Assembly: GCA_963710385.1 (NCBI GenBank)
Contig: CAVQAB010000035.1
Location: 8,238-72,237, forward strand
Length of the DNA stretch: 64,000 nucleotides
From: an uncultured Bacteroidales bacterium
GTDB lineage: Bacteria; Bacteroidota; Bacteroidia; Bacteroidales; GCA-2748055
Direction: 5' to 3'
In this document: positions 62,321 to 64,000 of the stretch, one piece after another
Position numbering within the stretch: position 1 is the stretch's first letter
How the letters are laid out: each line of letters begins with the position of its first letter
Position numbers and translations under genes: made by a program
Notes under the pieces: model-generated
The model's input: only the letters and a program-made list of their open reading frames with translations
Told to the model about the DNA's origin: nothing
The model's database searches: none

Positions 62321-62808
62321 ATGAAAACAACAGTTAATTATCTTAAAGAGATTCGCAGCCGTTGCACTTGCTCATATTGTTTGTATCCACTGCAGTATTT
62401 GCCGATGGTGAAGCCACTGAAGTTTACTGTGAGCGGATCAACCAATACCGCCGCCGGAGATTTTGTGGTAACCGGCACCGATGATGTATACCATTTCCAG
62501 GGTGATGTAGTACAGAGTATACAATGTATATTATGACAATCCCACACACAATATGAAGATTGCTGTTCTGGATGGAGGATGACTGCAAGTCCTACATTGC
62601 TTATACCGACGGCTACTGGTTTAGGTACAATTGTACCAAAGATGGATTCGGTGTACGCAAATCCATGTTCAACAGTGCCTGCCGTCAGGGATGGATTTGA
62701 TGCCAGAGGAGTATCAGCGATCAGACCGTTCTCGTGAAAAGCCGCAAAATTGAAAAGGATCAGGCTGTAGGTCTAATTGCTGCCTATCTGCCGAAACTGC
62801 AAGGTTAG
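62321..62808 (+). pseudogene. Small secreted protein, paralog 2; about 7 frame breaks
   Basis: Homologous pieces lie across three frames: VFADGEATEVY, SGSTNTAAGDFVVTGTDDVYHFQG, YYDNPTHNMKIAV, YNCTKDGFGVRKSMF, KIEKDQAVGLIAAYLPKLQG. Confidence 0.55.
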
Positions 62809-62852
62809 AATACAAAATAGATAGGATCGCTGATCCTCCGTTCAATATCAAA

Positions 62853-62878
62853 CGTCCGCTTCGGCGGACGCTTTTTTT
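62853..62878 (+). terminator. Intrinsic terminator after paralog 2
   Basis: CGUCCGC-UUCG-GCGGACG is followed by C and U7. Confidence 0.75.
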
Positions 62879-62986
62879 GTGGCTTCAGGATACACGAGTC
62901 GGGACTTAATTATAGCTCTACTGAAGTATTGTCCAGACTGTTGGATGCGCATTATTTATACTTTTGCTCTGCTTTAAGCACAATCC

Positions 62987-63075
<89 letters not shown>

Positions 63076-63084
63076 AAAGCATCG

Positions 63085-63118
63085 ATAACCCGCAGCGAAA
63101 GCTGTGGGTTATTTTTTT
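63085..63118 (+). terminator. Intrinsic terminator after tRNA-Ser
   Basis: AUAACCCGCAGC-GAAA-GCUGUGGGUUAU (12-bp stem, GNRA loop) is followed by U7. Confidence 0.8.
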
Positions 63119-63217
63119 CCCGGAGCATTGACAAGCTTGCTTTCAAAAGCGACCGGGAAAAAATAACCAGGATTATGCGCAGCATAATCAAGGGTTATCC
63201 ATAGTTTGTTGGTCCTC

Positions 63218-63286
63218 CCCTAAGGGATCACGCAAGTAATCCCTAAGGGATCACGCAAGTAATCCCTAAGGGATCACGCAAGTAAT
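63218..63286. repeat. Perfect tandem repeat, 3 x 23 bp (CCCTAAGGGATCACGCAAGTAAT)
   Basis: Read directly, with units at 63218, 63241 and 63264. Each unit contains the inverted repeat ATCCC-TAA-GGGAT. Confidence 0.9.
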
Positions 63287-63401
63287 CTGGACAACATGTT
63301 CACAGATAAGTAGGCCACAAATATCTTCCTTCTGAAATTCTCATACAGGTTCGGATTGAGGTAAGTTGCAATCACCGAATTCTCTTTATTACTTTGTGGT
63401 T

Positions 63402-64000
63402 ATGAAAATTAGAAATCTCATTATCAAACTGGCCCCATACTATTTTACGCTTGTCCTGATTACATTATTTTATAGCTGTCAAAGTGAGGATGTTAAAGCC
63501 ACGGAGGAGGCTAAACCACGGGTAATTGTGACTTCGGATGGAGAAATAGATGATGAATGCTCCATGGTAAGGTTTTTGCTTTATGCCAATCAATGGGATA
63601 TTGAAGGGATCGTCACCTCGAGTTCGCAGTACCACTGGCAGGGACATAGCTGGGCGGGAGATGACTGGATTGAACCCTATTTGGATGCGTATGCGCAGGT
63701 CTATCCCAACCTGGTGAAACACGATCCGGCGTATCCGACACCTGCATACCTCAGGGAACGAACGGTCTTGGGTAATGTCAAAGCGGAAGGCGAGATGGAG
63801 GAAGTGACTGCGGGGTCGCAGCTCATTGTAAAGGTCCTGCTCGACGATTCCGACGACCGCCCAATCTGGCTGCAGGCCTGGGGTGGGATGAATACGATTT
63901 CACGGGCACTCAAGACGATAGAGCAGGAACATCCGGAGAGAATGGCCGAGGTCGCAAAAAAACTGAGGTTCTTCTTCATCTGGGAACAGGATTCTACCTA
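63402..64000 (+). CDS. DUF1593-family (nucleoside-hydrolase-like) lipoprotein; 3' end outside window
   Basis: Manual translation from ATG 63402 gives MKIRNLIIKLAPYYFTLVLITLFYSC...PRVIVTSDGEIDDECSMVRFLLYANQWDIEGIVTSS...IWLQAWGGMNT. The frame is open to the window end. It is not in the ORF track because no stop is reached. Confidence 0.75.
   Translation, partial: MKIRNLIIKLAPYYFTLVLITLFYSCQSEDVKATEEAKPRVIVTSDGEIDDECSMVRFLLYANQWDIEGIVTSSSQYHWQGHSWAGDDWIEPYLDAYAQVYPNLVKHDPAYPTPAYLRERTVLGNVKAEGEMEEVTAGSQLIVKVLLDDSDDRPIWLQAWGGMNTISRALKTIEQEHPERMAEVAKKLRFFFIWEQDST

Noticed and set aside
63218-63286. A possible CRISPR array
   Set aside because: The 23-bp units are directly abutting with no spacers, there are only three copies, and no cas genes are present. 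It is a plain tandem repeat.
63465-63979. Minus-strand ORFs 63465..63722 and 63701..63979
   Set aside because: They are antisense to the DUF1593 reading frame, which is open from 63402 to the window end and has family-typical motifs.

Overview
This is a Bacteroidota-type chromosomal segment of roughly 44% GC. The assignment rests on a SusC/SusD pair, a GldB-like lipoprotein next to nadE, a DUF1573 protein, lipoprotein signal peptides and TAnnTTTG -7 promoter boxes. I can support about 54 protein genes plus one tRNA. They are mostly housekeeping or envelope functions: two glycosyltransferases, lpxL-like, crp/fnr, nadE, GH3, MFS, a K+ channel, a small ferredoxin missing from the ORF track, ppk1, meaB, lpdA, uvrA, recA, smpB, miaA, bcp and clpS. 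The window also holds two NfeD-SPFH operons, a serpin, an ECF-sigma module, a susC/susD locus, a LytTR two-component cluster and tRNA-Ser(GCU). I found no transposase, integrase, CRISPR array or recognisable defence genes. Two observations dominate. (1) About half of the genes (27 of 54) are interrupted by +/-1 frame breaks, and these are strongly clustered: stretches of 5-10 kb are clean, while smpB/miaA and the 58-63 kb region carry a break every 70-250 bp. This looks more like indel sequencing or assembly error than true decay, but it must be resolved before any pseudogene claim; I type these genes as 'pseudogene' only in that provisional sense. (2) The best candidate for something undescribed is a locus of about 520 nt at 48276-48800. 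It is GC-elevated, has no credible ORF and is dense in hairpins. It has its own Bacteroidetes-type promoter, a strong intrinsic terminator, GNRA and UUCG tetraloops, and long-range complementarity. I could not match it to RNase P, tmRNA, 6S or SRP by eye, so I call it a candidate large structured ncRNA. Secondary leads are: a LytTR regulator with three tandem histidine-kinase genes and two paralogous small secreted proteins that share ACATTC-type direct repeats upstream; a 3 x 23-bp tandem repeat and a GC shift just after tRNA-Ser; and an M23-peptidase tail fused to a beta-lactamase-family ORF.
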